This document shows positions 26,520 to 36,041 of a stretch of 55,313 nt of DNA, piece by piece; positions within the stretch are counted from its first letter, which is position 1, and every line of letters starts with the position of its first letter. The stretch comes from a virus, in the UHGV virus genome UHGV-0212866; one strand, 5' to 3'. The translations under genes and the position numbers were made by a program. Under the pieces are notes generated by a model. That model was not told the origin of the DNA. It saw nothing but the letters and a program-made list of their open reading frames with translations, and did no database searches.

Positions 26520-27317
26520 TTACTTGTTAAATACTTTTCCTATTTCCGAAAGCGGCATCGTGCCGCATTCGTCCGCTTTGATATCAAATTCCCAGCATGG
26601 CGCGGGATTTCCTTTTTTGAATGATACCATTCCCGAGAGTTCTGCCGTGCCGTACATCTGATATCGCTTGTCACGCTGAATCGCTTTGCGTCGGTTTTCA
26701 AATTCGCGCACAGTCCATTCGTTTATATCGCGTTCCCTTATGCCCGATTGATAGGCAACGGAAGCTATGAGGTCATCGGTGTTTATATCGAGGCTTATAT
26801 CGTTGTCGGATTTCGCCAGAAGTTCCGCGTCCTTTACAAGCTCCGCATTTTCGCTTTCATCCGGCAGCTTTAGTCCGTTTTGCTCGGCTATAAGCGGTCT
26901 GATGATATTTGAAAATTCGCGTGCAGTCACTCTGACGGCTTTCCCGTTTTGAAAAAATTCAAGCTCTGAGAGGCTTATTCCTTTTTCGTCTCTGATTACG
27001 GTAGCATGCTCTAATATTTCGCCCATGTCAAATCCAATCCGCAGGGACAGACATGCAAGCGTCAATATTCGGGCGAATATTCCCGCCGTGGGATTGCCTT
27101 CGAGTGCCGCGTCGGTTTCCATTGCAAAGACAGCCGAAAGATAGTTGCGGCACGAATACTTGACAGGGAGCGTACCGAGCCGCAGAAGTAAGGCATCTTT
27201 GCAAGCCGAAAATTCCTCGTAGTTTTCCATTGTTATCGGGTAAAAGCAAAGCCCGCACGCCTCTGTTGGTTCTCCGTTCCGGATTGCCTTGCTTCTTATG
27301 GACTTATGCGCGTTCAT
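26520..27317 (-). CDS. Tail assembly chaperone-like protein
   Basis: INEWTVREFE...GMVSFK motif. Position. Confidence 0.55.
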   Translation of the reverse strand: MNAHKSIRSKAIRNGEPTEACGLCFYPITMENYEEFSACKDALLLRLGTLPVKYSCRNYLSAVFAMETDAALEGNPTAGIFARILTLACLSLRIGFDMGEILEHATVIRDEKGISLSELEFFQNGKAVRVTAREFSNIIRPLIAEQNGLKLPDESENAELVKDAELLAKSDNDISLDINTDDLIASVAYQSGIRERDINEWTVREFENRRKAIQRDKRYQMYGTAELSGMVSFKKGNPAPCWEFDIKADECGTMPLSEIGKVFNK

Positions 27318-27549
27318 CTTTTCCGTGAGCCTCCGATTCTTTTCGTCTCACTCTGTATTGATAGCATTCCCGCGCACCGTCGGTATTTTCTGCCCGCCCC
27401 GAGCAGGTGCAGAAGTGCTGATGTGCGCAGAATGCGCCGAGTGCCGATTTTTCGTCATTGAGATTTGTCGCCTTGTCGATAAGGTCTGCGCATATGAGAT
27501 AGCGCAGATGAGTAAGTCGTTTACTGTAAGGGCATATGTACTTGTCCAT
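27304..27549 (-). CDS. Small Cys/His-rich protein
   Basis: CPY...C...CAHQHFC...C. RBS GGAGG. Confidence 0.6.
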   Translation of the reverse strand: MDKYICPYSKRLTHLRYLICADLIDKATNLNDEKSALGAFCAHQHFCTCSGRAENTDGARECYQYRVRRKESEAHGKDERA

Positions 27550-27551
27550 AT

Positions 27552-29087
27552 TTAATATCCCTCCAGCTCTATTGTCGCGCTTATCTGCCGGTTGCCGCAA
27601 ACCGCCGTAACGGTTAAGGGAACATCGCTCGATTTCAGACAGCTAATTTTTATAGCGTTTGATATGCCCATCAGCTCGCCGCTCTTTATTTCGAGCGATG
27701 CCACGGCGTATCTTGCATCATCGCTGTACTGGATAAGCGAGCCGCTGTCTGCAATCTGCAATTGTGAACCTATGTACTCGTCTCCCGCCGTATAGCTGTG
27801 CGTCAGAATGCCGTTTCCCGCGTTTGCGTCCGCTATGGAATTGAGTATGTCATCGGAGGCTATGGGTGTAATCGAGTAGCATTCCGGCAAAGCACCCGAG
27901 AAAAGCCATGTTACGGGTCGTGCGGTGGAAAATCCGCCGTCAAATCCCGTTGCGTTAAGTATGGCGTCGGTGTATTGCTTTATGCTCCGGGGCACGGCAC
28001 CGCGAAATTGCAGGTTTTCTTCTCCGTCTGTGCTTATTGTCACCTCCGCCGCAGCCGATACATTCGGGTTTTGCAGGAGAGTGGCGGTTATCACGGCAGT
28101 GCCTGCCTTTATGCCAGTCACAAGACCGCTTTCGCTGACCGTCGCCGTTTCCTCATCCGAAGAAGCCCATTTCCATGTCAGAGACATATCATCGGGGCTT
28201 TTGGCTTCGCCGTTTACTCTGAAAATCGCGTTCAGATATGAAGGTTTTCCTATAGCCAAATCCATGTTTCCCGAAATTTCCGCGGCGAAGCTGTATGCAT
28301 TGCCGCCCGCTATGAAGTTTTCGGTCACGTCATCGGTTATGTTCGGCTCTTCTATGCGCACTGTGAATTTCAGCAGGTGGCAACTGTCCCTGTCGCCCGA
28401 AAATTCCTGCATGAAGTCGGTAAATCCGGTTATCCTGTAGGGCTTTGTGCCGAGGACTATGCGCATATTGTGCCCCAGCCTGCGCGTATTTTCGTTAAGC
28501 TGTGCTGTTATGTTGAAATAGCCCTCGGGGAGCATCACATTCTGCCCCTTCACATCTGCGTTTGCCTGCATGGCGTAGCTCTCGGCGATTATCGGCTCTG
28601 TTATTACATTGCCGTAGTCGTCATAGCTGTTGTATGAGGCGTTGCACCTTGTGATGAGCGCGGTGCATCTTGCGCTTGACATATTGGACGGCATTGTGCA
28701 TATCCATGTACTGCCCATCGTTTTTATCTTCGCGCCTATTGGGAAGTAGTCTATGCGTTCGCTGTCGAAAAGAATTTCCTTGTAGTCGTCCGTTCTTTTG
28801 ACAACCTTTGCCGAAGCGTCGAGGTTTTCCGCAAGCCGCACGGTCGTTTCCGTCCATTCGTAAAAATCCGGCGTTAAGCCCTGAACGGCGGCGGAAACAT
28901 AGTCGGTGGCGTATTTTGCCCGCTCCGCGTCAAATTTTACCGTCCGCGGTGCCATATATTGCCTGCGCCTGTCGGCATACTGCGGCGGTGCGTTGCTCTG
29001 CGGCACATTTACCGCCGTGCGAAAGCCGAAACTCTGTTTTATGTATTTTTCACTCTGATTCACTTTTTTCACCGCCTTTTGCAGCAT
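27552..29087 (-). CDS. Head-closure/neck protein with Ig-like domain
   Basis: WASSDEETATVSESGLVTGIKAGTAVITA Big_2 motif. Confidence 0.65.
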   Translation of the reverse strand: MLQKAVKKVNQSEKYIKQSFGFRTAVNVPQSNAPPQYADRRRQYMAPRTVKFDAERAKYATDYVSAAVQGLTPDFYEWTETTVRLAENLDASAKVVKRTDDYKEILFDSERIDYFPIGAKIKTMGSTWICTMPSNMSSARCTALITRCNASYNSYDDYGNVITEPIIAESYAMQANADVKGQNVMLPEGYFNITAQLNENTRRLGHNMRIVLGTKPYRITGFTDFMQEFSGDRDSCHLLKFTVRIEEPNITDDVTENFIAGGNAYSFAAEISGNMDLAIGKPSYLNAIFRVNGEAKSPDDMSLTWKWASSDEETATVSESGLVTGIKAGTAVITATLLQNPNVSAAAEVTISTDGEENLQFRGAVPRSIKQYTDAILNATGFDGGFSTARPVTWLFSGALPECYSITPIASDDILNSIADANAGNGILTHSYTAGDEYIGSQLQIADSGSLIQYSDDARYAVASLEIKSGELMGISNAIKISCLKSSDVPLTVTAVCGNRQISATIELEGY

Positions 29088-29283
29088 TTCCGCGGAAAAT
29101 CACATTTTTCCCTTCGTAATAGATTACTGCGGCGTTTTTCCCGTCAGCCCTGCATTCAAAGGCAAGCCCGCGTCCCTTTGCACCTGCGGCATATGCGGCG
29201 GAAAGGAGCTTTTCGAGCTCTTCCCGCGTAAATTCCGCTTTTCCGTTTTTGCCGAAGTTTATGTCGGCGATTATATTCTGCAT
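29050..29283 (-). CDS. Hypothetical protein
   Basis: RBS GAGGA. Co-oriented with the structural operon. Confidence 0.55.
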   Translation of the reverse strand: MQNIIADINFGKNGKAEFTREELEKLLSAAYAAGAKGRGLAFECRADGKNAAVIYYEGKNVIFRGNAAKGGEKSESE

Positions 29284-29293
29284 GCTTTCCTCC

Positions 29294-30010
29294 TCATCCC
29301 AGCCTTATGTTCGGGTTGTTCCCGAAGAGCGGCATGTTTTCAAATTCGGTATGGCTTTTATTTGCGGTAGTGGCGATTTCAAGCGCAATAGTGAGCTGCC
29401 TGCCCACATTTGTATCACCGTCGAATATAGCCTTGCTCCCGCAGTCGGGATGCTTCGATTTTGCCATGAAAAATGTGCCTATGCCGTCCATTGATACGCC
29501 GTGCAGGGCTTCAATCAAAGCCTGCTCTATGGCGAAGCAACGGCTGTATTCGTCACTCTTTGTATTGCTCTCGTAGGTGTAGTGCGTCCATATAAAGAAA
29601 TTCACGCCGATGCATATCTTGAATTCGTCATTCGACGGCACCGTGCGCCCCATATAGACGTAAATCCGCGTCTGCGCATCGGTCTGCGCGGGCTTTATGT
29701 ATACCTGCGGTATGAGACGATAGCCTTTGTCGGTGGGCGGTTTCTCGGGGCTGTCGGCATCAAATACAACGCTCATCTTCTGCTGTATTGTCGGCAGCGG
29801 CTCACTAAGAGGCTTTGCGCCGTCATAATAGAGATATTTCCACAGGCGGCAACGTGAATATGTGTTGTCATCGGGTGGTGCATATTCGCCCTTGGGAGCG
29901 TCAATCAGATAGTCGCAGATTTTCCTCGGTATTTTCTCCGCACCCTCCAGTTTAAAGTAACTGTCCTGAACGCAGAGATACGGATACCACTGCGTATATG
30001 CCTCGCTCAT
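29294..30010 (-). CDS. Putative tail terminator/neck protein
   Basis: LWKYLYYD...PL motif. Position. Confidence 0.55.
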   Translation of the reverse strand: MSEAYTQWYPYLCVQDSYFKLEGAEKIPRKICDYLIDAPKGEYAPPDDNTYSRCRLWKYLYYDGAKPLSEPLPTIQQKMSVVFDADSPEKPPTDKGYRLIPQVYIKPAQTDAQTRIYVYMGRTVPSNDEFKICIGVNFFIWTHYTYESNTKSDEYSRCFAIEQALIEALHGVSMDGIGTFFMAKSKHPDCGSKAIFDGDTNVGRQLTIALEIATTANKSHTEFENMPLFGNNPNIRLG

Positions 30011-30594
30011 GATTTTTCACCCTTTTTGTGATTTTCCGCCGCCTTTTCTTTTATCGCCTTCTGCTTTTCGCCGAGTTCATCAGCCGCCTTTTTGAGCTCG
30101 TCATAGAGCTTTTTCACATTTTCGGGGTCTGCCATTATCGACATTCCGGCTGTGAATCGCGCTATGGAATCGTTTTCGACGCATCTCTGATTGTATATCT
30201 CGATATTTACGGCTTTTTCAAGCTCCTTGTAGTCGGCAAGTATCGCAAAGGCGATTTCTTTCGCCTCCGCGTCTTTCTTGTAATTTTCGAGCTGTGCGAG
30301 CAGGCGCGATGATGCGTAAAGGTCATAGTCATTCTCCGTGAAAGGTGCCGTCAGTTCGACATCGAGGTAGAAGGTCAGAAGCACGGACATCAGCTGCATC
30401 TGCTTTATCGCGTAGCTTTCGGTTTTCAGATAAGGGAGAGCGAGTATTTTTTCGCCCTCTTTGTTTTGCTCTGCCGCAGGCATTTCGGAAAGCGTATTTT
30501 TTGCTATCGTTCTCGCTACATCGGCTTTTGTGCCGATTGGCATGTATGTATTTGCCTTTTTGAGTATTTCGCGGGTTATAATAAATTTTTCCAT
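30007..30594 (-). CDS. Hypothetical structural-region protein
   Basis: Coupled ORF in the structural operon. Confidence 0.6.
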   Translation of the reverse strand: MEKFIITREILKKANTYMPIGTKADVARTIAKNTLSEMPAAEQNKEGEKILALPYLKTESYAIKQMQLMSVLLTFYLDVELTAPFTENDYDLYASSRLLAQLENYKKDAEAKEIAFAILADYKELEKAVNIEIYNQRCVENDSIARFTAGMSIMADPENVKKLYDELKKAADELGEKQKAIKEKAAENHKKGEKS

Positions 30595-30602
30595 GTTTTA
30601 CC

Positions 30603-31337
30603 TCACAGTTTAAGTATTCCTCTCGGAAAAGTCTGCTTATACCAGTCATTTTGTTCGAGCTTCCTCATTTTGCTGTAAAGCTCATTCTCCGCATCGCGGT
30701 AGGTTCTCCGGCTTTCCGCCATGTGATTTGCCGCGTTCTGCTGCTTGAATGCCTTGTCCTCCGTTTTCGGCACATTAGAGAGCCAGTTGTTTTTTTCGCG
30801 TTTAAGCCAAGCCACCTCGAAGCAAAGCCCGAGAATGCTCATTACCTCTCTGTTCAGGTTTGCTTCGAAGCGTCCGTCCGTGTAGAAATCGAAGTCAAAT
30901 ACCGTTCCCTGCGGCACGGTGTGCCCTTCCCCCGCATTTATCGTTACAGTGCCGTTTTCCGCGTCGTATGCGCATATGGGCGATGGCTCATACCATGCGT
31001 CACCGAGCGAGTTTACGCGTACCGTCTGCGCCGCGAAGAGCTCATAGCCCGTATATCCGGAAGGCAGACTGACTGTCAGCGGCGCTGTCAGCTCCGCTTC
31101 CGTCGCATATCGGTATGATGTAAATGCAGGCTCGGCGAAGCGGGGCTTTTCCGGTGTGCCGAATAAATATTCCGGCATTTCGGGTGGAGTGCTGAAAAGC
31201 CCTATTTTGGAATTGAGATATCCCCACATAGTCCATGCGTAGGAGGGTGCGTCGGCTGCTTTCTTTTCCGCGAGCCTTATATCGTCTATGAGAGGCTCGC
31301 AGTATTCGGTTATTATTTTCAGTATAGGTGTGGGCAT
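30603..31337 (-). CDS. Putative head-tail adaptor
   Basis: EVMSILGLCFEVAWL...DKAF...S/NAANH motif. Position after the capsid genes. Confidence 0.6.
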   Translation of the reverse strand: MPTPILKIITEYCEPLIDDIRLAEKKAADAPSYAWTMWGYLNSKIGLFSTPPEMPEYLFGTPEKPRFAEPAFTSYRYATEAELTAPLTVSLPSGYTGYELFAAQTVRVNSLGDAWYEPSPICAYDAENGTVTINAGEGHTVPQGTVFDFDFYTDGRFEANLNREVMSILGLCFEVAWLKREKNNWLSNVPKTEDKAFKQQNAANHMAESRRTYRDAENELYSKMRKLEQNDWYKQTFPRGILKL

Positions 31338-31351
31338 CTGCTTCCTCCTGA

Positions 31352-32107
31352 TTATTCTGCGGCTTCCGCAAGCCCCTTTGCCATATCTTTGAGAATGGAT
31401 TTGAACATTCCCTCGGGGTCTGTTTTCTTTGAAACTTCATTGAGCTTCTGCACGAGATACTGATTTATGCGGTTGTCACGCGCCATATATGCGTCGATAA
31501 AAAGCGTTGCGATAAGCTGTTTGTGCCGGTAGCAGGCTTTGTCGAAAATCGCAAGGATTTTCTCCTCGGGCATGTCGAGCAGTTTGTGATAGATGTCCGC
31601 GCCGAGAAGCTCGCCGTCGGTGTATTTCACACCGTATCTTTCTCTCTCCTCGTCCGTCATGCCGTCAAGGATTATGAGGCGTCTGTCTTTAAGCCTGCGA
31701 AGAATATTCGGAGTGAGATTCTGCAGAAATTCTCTTTTGTTTATGTCTCTTGTGCCGCCTCTGCCCTGTATCTGTCCGAGCTTTTCGTTGAGAGGTACGG
31801 TAGAACCCTCCGCCACGCATCCCATATAGAGCAATGTGACCGTTTCGTCTGCCGGTCTGTATGCAGCCTGCTGTTTTGCTATGCCCGCCACCGCGTCCGC
31901 AACAGCCTTGTCCACTGCCTCGGCAATCATCTTTTCAACCTCGGATGCATTGTAGGTCTTTTCGGTCTTTTCAACCTTTTCGGTCTTTTTTTCCGCAACC
32001 TCAGCGGGAGCTGCCGCGGCTTTCGGCGTTGTTGCTTTCTGCGTTGCCGCTTTCGCCTTGCCTGTGTTTGTCGCTTTTGTTCCGGTTGTTTTCTTTTCCT
32101 CTGCCAT
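31352..32107 (-). CDS. Hypothetical protein downstream of capsid
   Basis: K/A/T-rich N-terminus. RBS AGGAG. Confidence 0.7.
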   Translation of the reverse strand: MAEEKKTTGTKATNTGKAKAATQKATTPKAAAAPAEVAEKKTEKVEKTEKTYNASEVEKMIAEAVDKAVADAVAGIAKQQAAYRPADETVTLLYMGCVAEGSTVPLNEKLGQIQGRGGTRDINKREFLQNLTPNILRRLKDRRLIILDGMTDEERERYGVKYTDGELLGADIYHKLLDMPEEKILAIFDKACYRHKQLIATLFIDAYMARDNRINQYLVQKLNEVSKKTDPEGMFKSILKDMAKGLAEAAE

Positions 32108-32215
32108 TTTTGTTTTCTCCTTTGGAAAATTTTATTTTGGGAATTGCGGGAGTTGCACCCGCCTGTTCTGCTGTTCCCGTGACCGGGGGCATTTCTGCCC
32201 CCATTAAGCGCGCGC

Positions 32216-33463
32216 TTATGCCTTAATCTGGAATATCTTGGAAGAAAATGCAGGTGCGATATCGCATATGATTGTCTCGGAGATATGTACCTTCATATCG
32301 GCGGATTCCGTAGGTGTGAACTCGATTGTGATAGGCGAGCCGTCGGCAATTACGCCTACCATGGGCGCATAGCCCACCTTTGCCACGATGTAGATGTTCT
32401 CCTGTGTCGGGTCGTCGAGGCTGATAAACTGCGGGTTGTAGTTCTGCGTGCCGGGTACAACAGCGAGACCGACCTCCACGAGGTCTACGCCTGCGACATT
32501 GCCGAGGAAACCGTTGCGGACATATTCAACGCCGATTTCGCCCTGAATGCCCGCTACGGCACCGCCTGTGCCGACAGTGGGAAGTACCTGTGAAAGTCCC
32601 GCGAGTGTGCCGAGTGCCATAAGCTCGGTGCGTCTGACGCCGTTCAAAGCGGAAGCTTTCATCACAGCCTCATTCCAGTGCTCGGGAGTATAGCCTTCGA
32701 GGATATTGCCTGACGGCAGGTACTTTGTGTTTGTAATGGCGGATTTGAATTTTTCAACCGTTGTTGCAAACATCTTGTTGATTGCGCCGCGTGCAAAAGC
32801 GGAATAATATCTGCCTGCCTCACCGTCGATTACATCCTGATACCACTTGATGCTTGCCTTTGCGGTATAGGGCTTCGGAGTGAGCGCAATCTGGGATTTG
32901 TAGAGATACTGCTCGGGCTTGCTCGATACGGAACCCCAAGAATCGTCCTCATAGAGGAAGAAATCGTTGGATTCGATGTCTATGAGCTTTGTCTCGCCGA
33001 GCCTGCCCGTAGTCCATGAGATAATTCTGTCTGTGGGCACATCCATGTACGCGGGAAGAAGCGGATAGATTACCTCCTCTGTAATAGTCTGAAGAGCTCT
33101 CCAGAATGTTCTGTCGCGGTAGAGACCTCTGTCCTTTGCGACTTCGTCCATAGTGGAATAAGGCTCTTTGCCTATGGCTCTGTTAGCCTGTGCGGCACAG
33201 AAGAGCACTGTGTCTACCCAAGTGTTACGCGAAAATGTAGCGTAATCCTCAACCTTGGAATTGTACTTGAAGGGATTGTTTGCATCTGCGTTTACGCATT
33301 TGCCGAGATATTCGGCTGCGGCAATTCTGCCGCAGCTTATAATCTTGTTGCGGTCAAGAGTATGTGTTGCACCGGAAGCGGCGCATACCTTTATCTGTTC
33401 GTTGTTTGCCGATGTATAAGAAAAAATATCTCTCGGCAGATTGTTAAGAACTTTTCCGTTCAT
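32216..33463 (-). CDS. Major capsid protein
   Basis: 415 aa, position after scaffold and decoration genes, followed by hairpins. Confidence 0.75.
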   Translation of the reverse strand: MNGKVLNNLPRDIFSYTSANNEQIKVCAASGATHTLDRNKIISCGRIAAAEYLGKCVNADANNPFKYNSKVEDYATFSRNTWVDTVLFCAAQANRAIGKEPYSTMDEVAKDRGLYRDRTFWRALQTITEEVIYPLLPAYMDVPTDRIISWTTGRLGETKLIDIESNDFFLYEDDSWGSVSSKPEQYLYKSQIALTPKPYTAKASIKWYQDVIDGEAGRYYSAFARGAINKMFATTVEKFKSAITNTKYLPSGNILEGYTPEHWNEAVMKASALNGVRRTELMALGTLAGLSQVLPTVGTGGAVAGIQGEIGVEYVRNGFLGNVAGVDLVEVGLAVVPGTQNYNPQFISLDDPTQENIYIVAKVGYAPMVGVIADGSPITIEFTPTESADMKVHISETIICDIAPAFSSKIFQIKA

Positions 33464-33495
33464 TTTTATTCTCCTCTCGTTTTCTTATGTACTTA

Positions 33496-34113
33496 TCAGG
33501 CGGATGCCTTTACACTGCGCAGACATTTGCAGGTTATCTTCTGACCCGCGTCGAATGTGCCCTCTGTAAATCTCTTTGAAATATCGACTATCTCAAAGTA
33601 GACGCTTCCGTCTGTGGGAGCGGCGGCGGCGGCAACGAGCTTGCCGTTTGCGATTGTCGCGTAGGGTGTGGCTGTGAGACTTGAGGGAAGGGTTGAAAAG
33701 TTGTCGCTGCCCCAGTTGTAGCTTTCGCCTACGATTATTTCGGTGAAATCGCCTCTTTCGTCTGCGGGGAGCGGAAGTCCGAGGGTCTTGCCGGGGATGT
33801 TGATTACGAGGTCGCCCGCCGTTGCCTTGTTCACATCATATGTATTGCAGGCGTAAAGACCCGTATGGTCGCCTGTGAAGCCTGTGACAGTACCGTTTGC
33901 AGCCGCTACCATGTACCAGCTGTTTCCGTTTTTGAGCCCTGCCGCAGTATAGCCCTCGAGGGGAAGTCTGCCCTTTGTTACGCAAAGAAAACCTGCCTGA
34001 CATTCCGCACCTGTAAAGTCAGCTCCGCTGAAAGAGCCGAATTTACCCGTTACGTTCTGGAGGTTGTTTCTCTGCGAGTTTGAAATATATACTTCAAATC
34101 TGTAATTAGCCAT
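33496..34113 (-). CDS. Capsid decoration/cement protein
   Basis: 205 aa beta-rich protein between the scaffold and capsid genes. Confidence 0.55.
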   Translation of the reverse strand: MANYRFEVYISNSQRNNLQNVTGKFGSFSGADFTGAECQAGFLCVTKGRLPLEGYTAAGLKNGNSWYMVAAANGTVTGFTGDHTGLYACNTYDVNKATAGDLVINIPGKTLGLPLPADERGDFTEIIVGESYNWGSDNFSTLPSSLTATPYATIANGKLVAAAAAPTDGSVYFEIVDISKRFTEGTFDAGQKITCKCLRSVKASA

Positions 34114-34124
34114 GTTTTTTCTCC

Positions 34125-35477
34125 TTATCTTTTATTCGTCATTTCGTCAATCATCGCCTGAACATCGTCGGAGTCTTTTTCCGTATTGTTCTCGGCGTTG
34201 GTATCCCATGCGTATTTTTTGTTTGTCTTTGCTTTTGCGGCTTCGCGGATTTTCGCCATGCATCTTGCGTCCACATCGCCGCAGGCACGCTCTTCGCCGA
34301 TGAATTTGCCGTCCTTTGTCTCCATTGCGCAGTATTCGTCGATTTTTTCATCCGTGAGAAGGTCTGCACAGTCGTCCTCGGAGAGGTCGATGTTTATGCA
34401 GTTTTCGGAAATGCGCGTTCTGACGGCGGCTTTCACTGCCTCTCTTCTGCGCTCGGTTTCCTGCGTCTGAAGCTTTTTGATAACACCCTCGAGCGTTGCC
34501 TTTGCCTCATCCTTTTCCGCATTGTCCTTTTCAAGCTCGTTTATACGGCTGATGAGCTTTTCTGTGATTGTTTCAACGGGAACCTCCACTTTCGTTTCCC
34601 CGTTTGCGAAAATCGCCGTTGCGGTAGCTTCGATTCTCGCGCCGTCCCTTATCTCTTCACCGTCCTTTTCCGCTGTAGAGAGATACGGAACGCCGTTTGC
34701 GGAAAGCAAAGCTACGGTGTTCTGGTCTACGGCAAGCACCGTATAGCCCGTAAACTTTTCTGCAAGGTCATTCAGTTTCATGTTCTTTGTTTTCTCCTTT
34801 TTTTCGTTATTTTTTTGCGGATTTTTGTTTTCGGCATTGAGGGAGGCTACGCGAAGAGTAATCTTCTTCACCTCGTCGGCACCCATTGCGGCAAGCGCGC
34901 GGATATTTGCGCTTGCAACGGCAGGGGCAATATCATCGCCGAGTATAGTTGTTCCGAGTATCCGGTATTTGGTAAATACTTCGATGTTTCCATCCATGTG
35001 CATCTCGTCAACGAGAGTTTCAATAGAAACGCTCATTCCCTCCGAACCCTGTTTCCGGAGCTTTTTGACAAGTTCCTGCGCATACCATTTCCACAGATAT
35101 CCCGTGCCTACTATCCATTCGATACCGTCGATAATTTCAATGCGTACATCGTCCTCTACGCGGAAATTACCGACTATTCTTTCTGCCGTGGAAGCCATGA
35201 ATGACGCGCTCACGTTTCCGTTTTCGTCTATGTATTCCTCGAAATTGTGACCGTCGCCTATTTTCTCCCCGACATATGCCACGAGAATCGGCGTGTCCGC
35301 AAAAAGTTTGCGATGCTCCGCTATATTCTCATAGCGCCAGTTGTTACGATTTGTCTTTCCGTTCAGCAGTCGGAGTTCAACCCTCTGCCGCAGTCCGTCT
35401 GTTTCGGCAAGAACGCGAAGCTCGCCTTTTACGGAAACGAGCCGTGCAGTTCCTGCGCTTGATACGGTTTTTATCAT
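34125..35477 (-). CDS. Prohead protease-scaffold fusion
   Basis: NRNNW, GDGHN, GYLWKWY, SVSIE, GTTILG..PA protease motifs plus acidic coiled coil. Confidence 0.75.
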   Translation of the reverse strand: MIKTVSSAGTARLVSVKGELRVLAETDGLRQRVELRLLNGKTNRNNWRYENIAEHRKLFADTPILVAYVGEKIGDGHNFEEYIDENGNVSASFMASTAERIVGNFRVEDDVRIEIIDGIEWIVGTGYLWKWYAQELVKKLRKQGSEGMSVSIETLVDEMHMDGNIEVFTKYRILGTTILGDDIAPAVASANIRALAAMGADEVKKITLRVASLNAENKNPQKNNEKKEKTKNMKLNDLAEKFTGYTVLAVDQNTVALLSANGVPYLSTAEKDGEEIRDGARIEATATAIFANGETKVEVPVETITEKLISRINELEKDNAEKDEAKATLEGVIKKLQTQETERRREAVKAAVRTRISENCINIDLSEDDCADLLTDEKIDEYCAMETKDGKFIGEERACGDVDARCMAKIREAAKAKTNKKYAWDTNAENNTEKDSDDVQAMIDEMTNKR

Positions 35478-36016
35478 TTGGTTTTCTCCTCCTCGTCCAG
35501 TCTTGATTTGCACCAGCTGTCAAAGCTCGTTTTACTGCCGCCCTCGTTTGTCCATCTGAACCACAGCTCGAGAAACATTTTGCCCTCTGCGCTGTTCTGA
35601 AGCATAAGCTCTTCGGTTTTGAGCGACATCGCCCTGAAATCGGGCGTATCTGTTGCCTTTCGAAATTTCTCCAGTGCCGTATTTATCCCGTCAAAAGTCT
35701 GCATGATAAGCTCGAATACACCATCGAGGCTTTTGAGCGATTCGCGCCAGTCAAGCTCATCCGTGCCGGGATATTCCGCCATGAGATGGTTTTCATGGAG
35801 CATATCACCGAAAGCATCAAATCTTTTCGGAAATTCATGCGCCTGCCTGTGGATAATTTCGGAAAGGTAAATCATGCCCTGCTCGATGTAAACATATTCC
35901 TGCGTTGTGTCAAACCACCTGTTGGCATTCTGGTACATCCGTATAACATCGCGCATCGGCTCTCGCAGCTCCGCAAATTTCGGATTGTCAAAATTATAAA
36001 TTTCTTTCGGGTTCAT
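35474..36016 (-). CDS. Helical, possibly ferritin-like protein
   Basis: HRQAHE..FD..GD..H helical pattern. Fold call tentative. Confidence 0.45.
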   Translation of the reverse strand: MNPKEIYNFDNPKFAELREPMRDVIRMYQNANRWFDTTQEYVYIEQGMIYLSEIIHRQAHEFPKRFDAFGDMLHENHLMAEYPGTDELDWRESLKSLDGVFELIMQTFDGINTALEKFRKATDTPDFRAMSLKTEELMLQNSAEGKMFLELWFRWTNEGGSKTSFDSWCKSRLDEEEKTK

Positions 36017-36041
36017 TTCGTCACCTCCGTTCTTTTTCTTG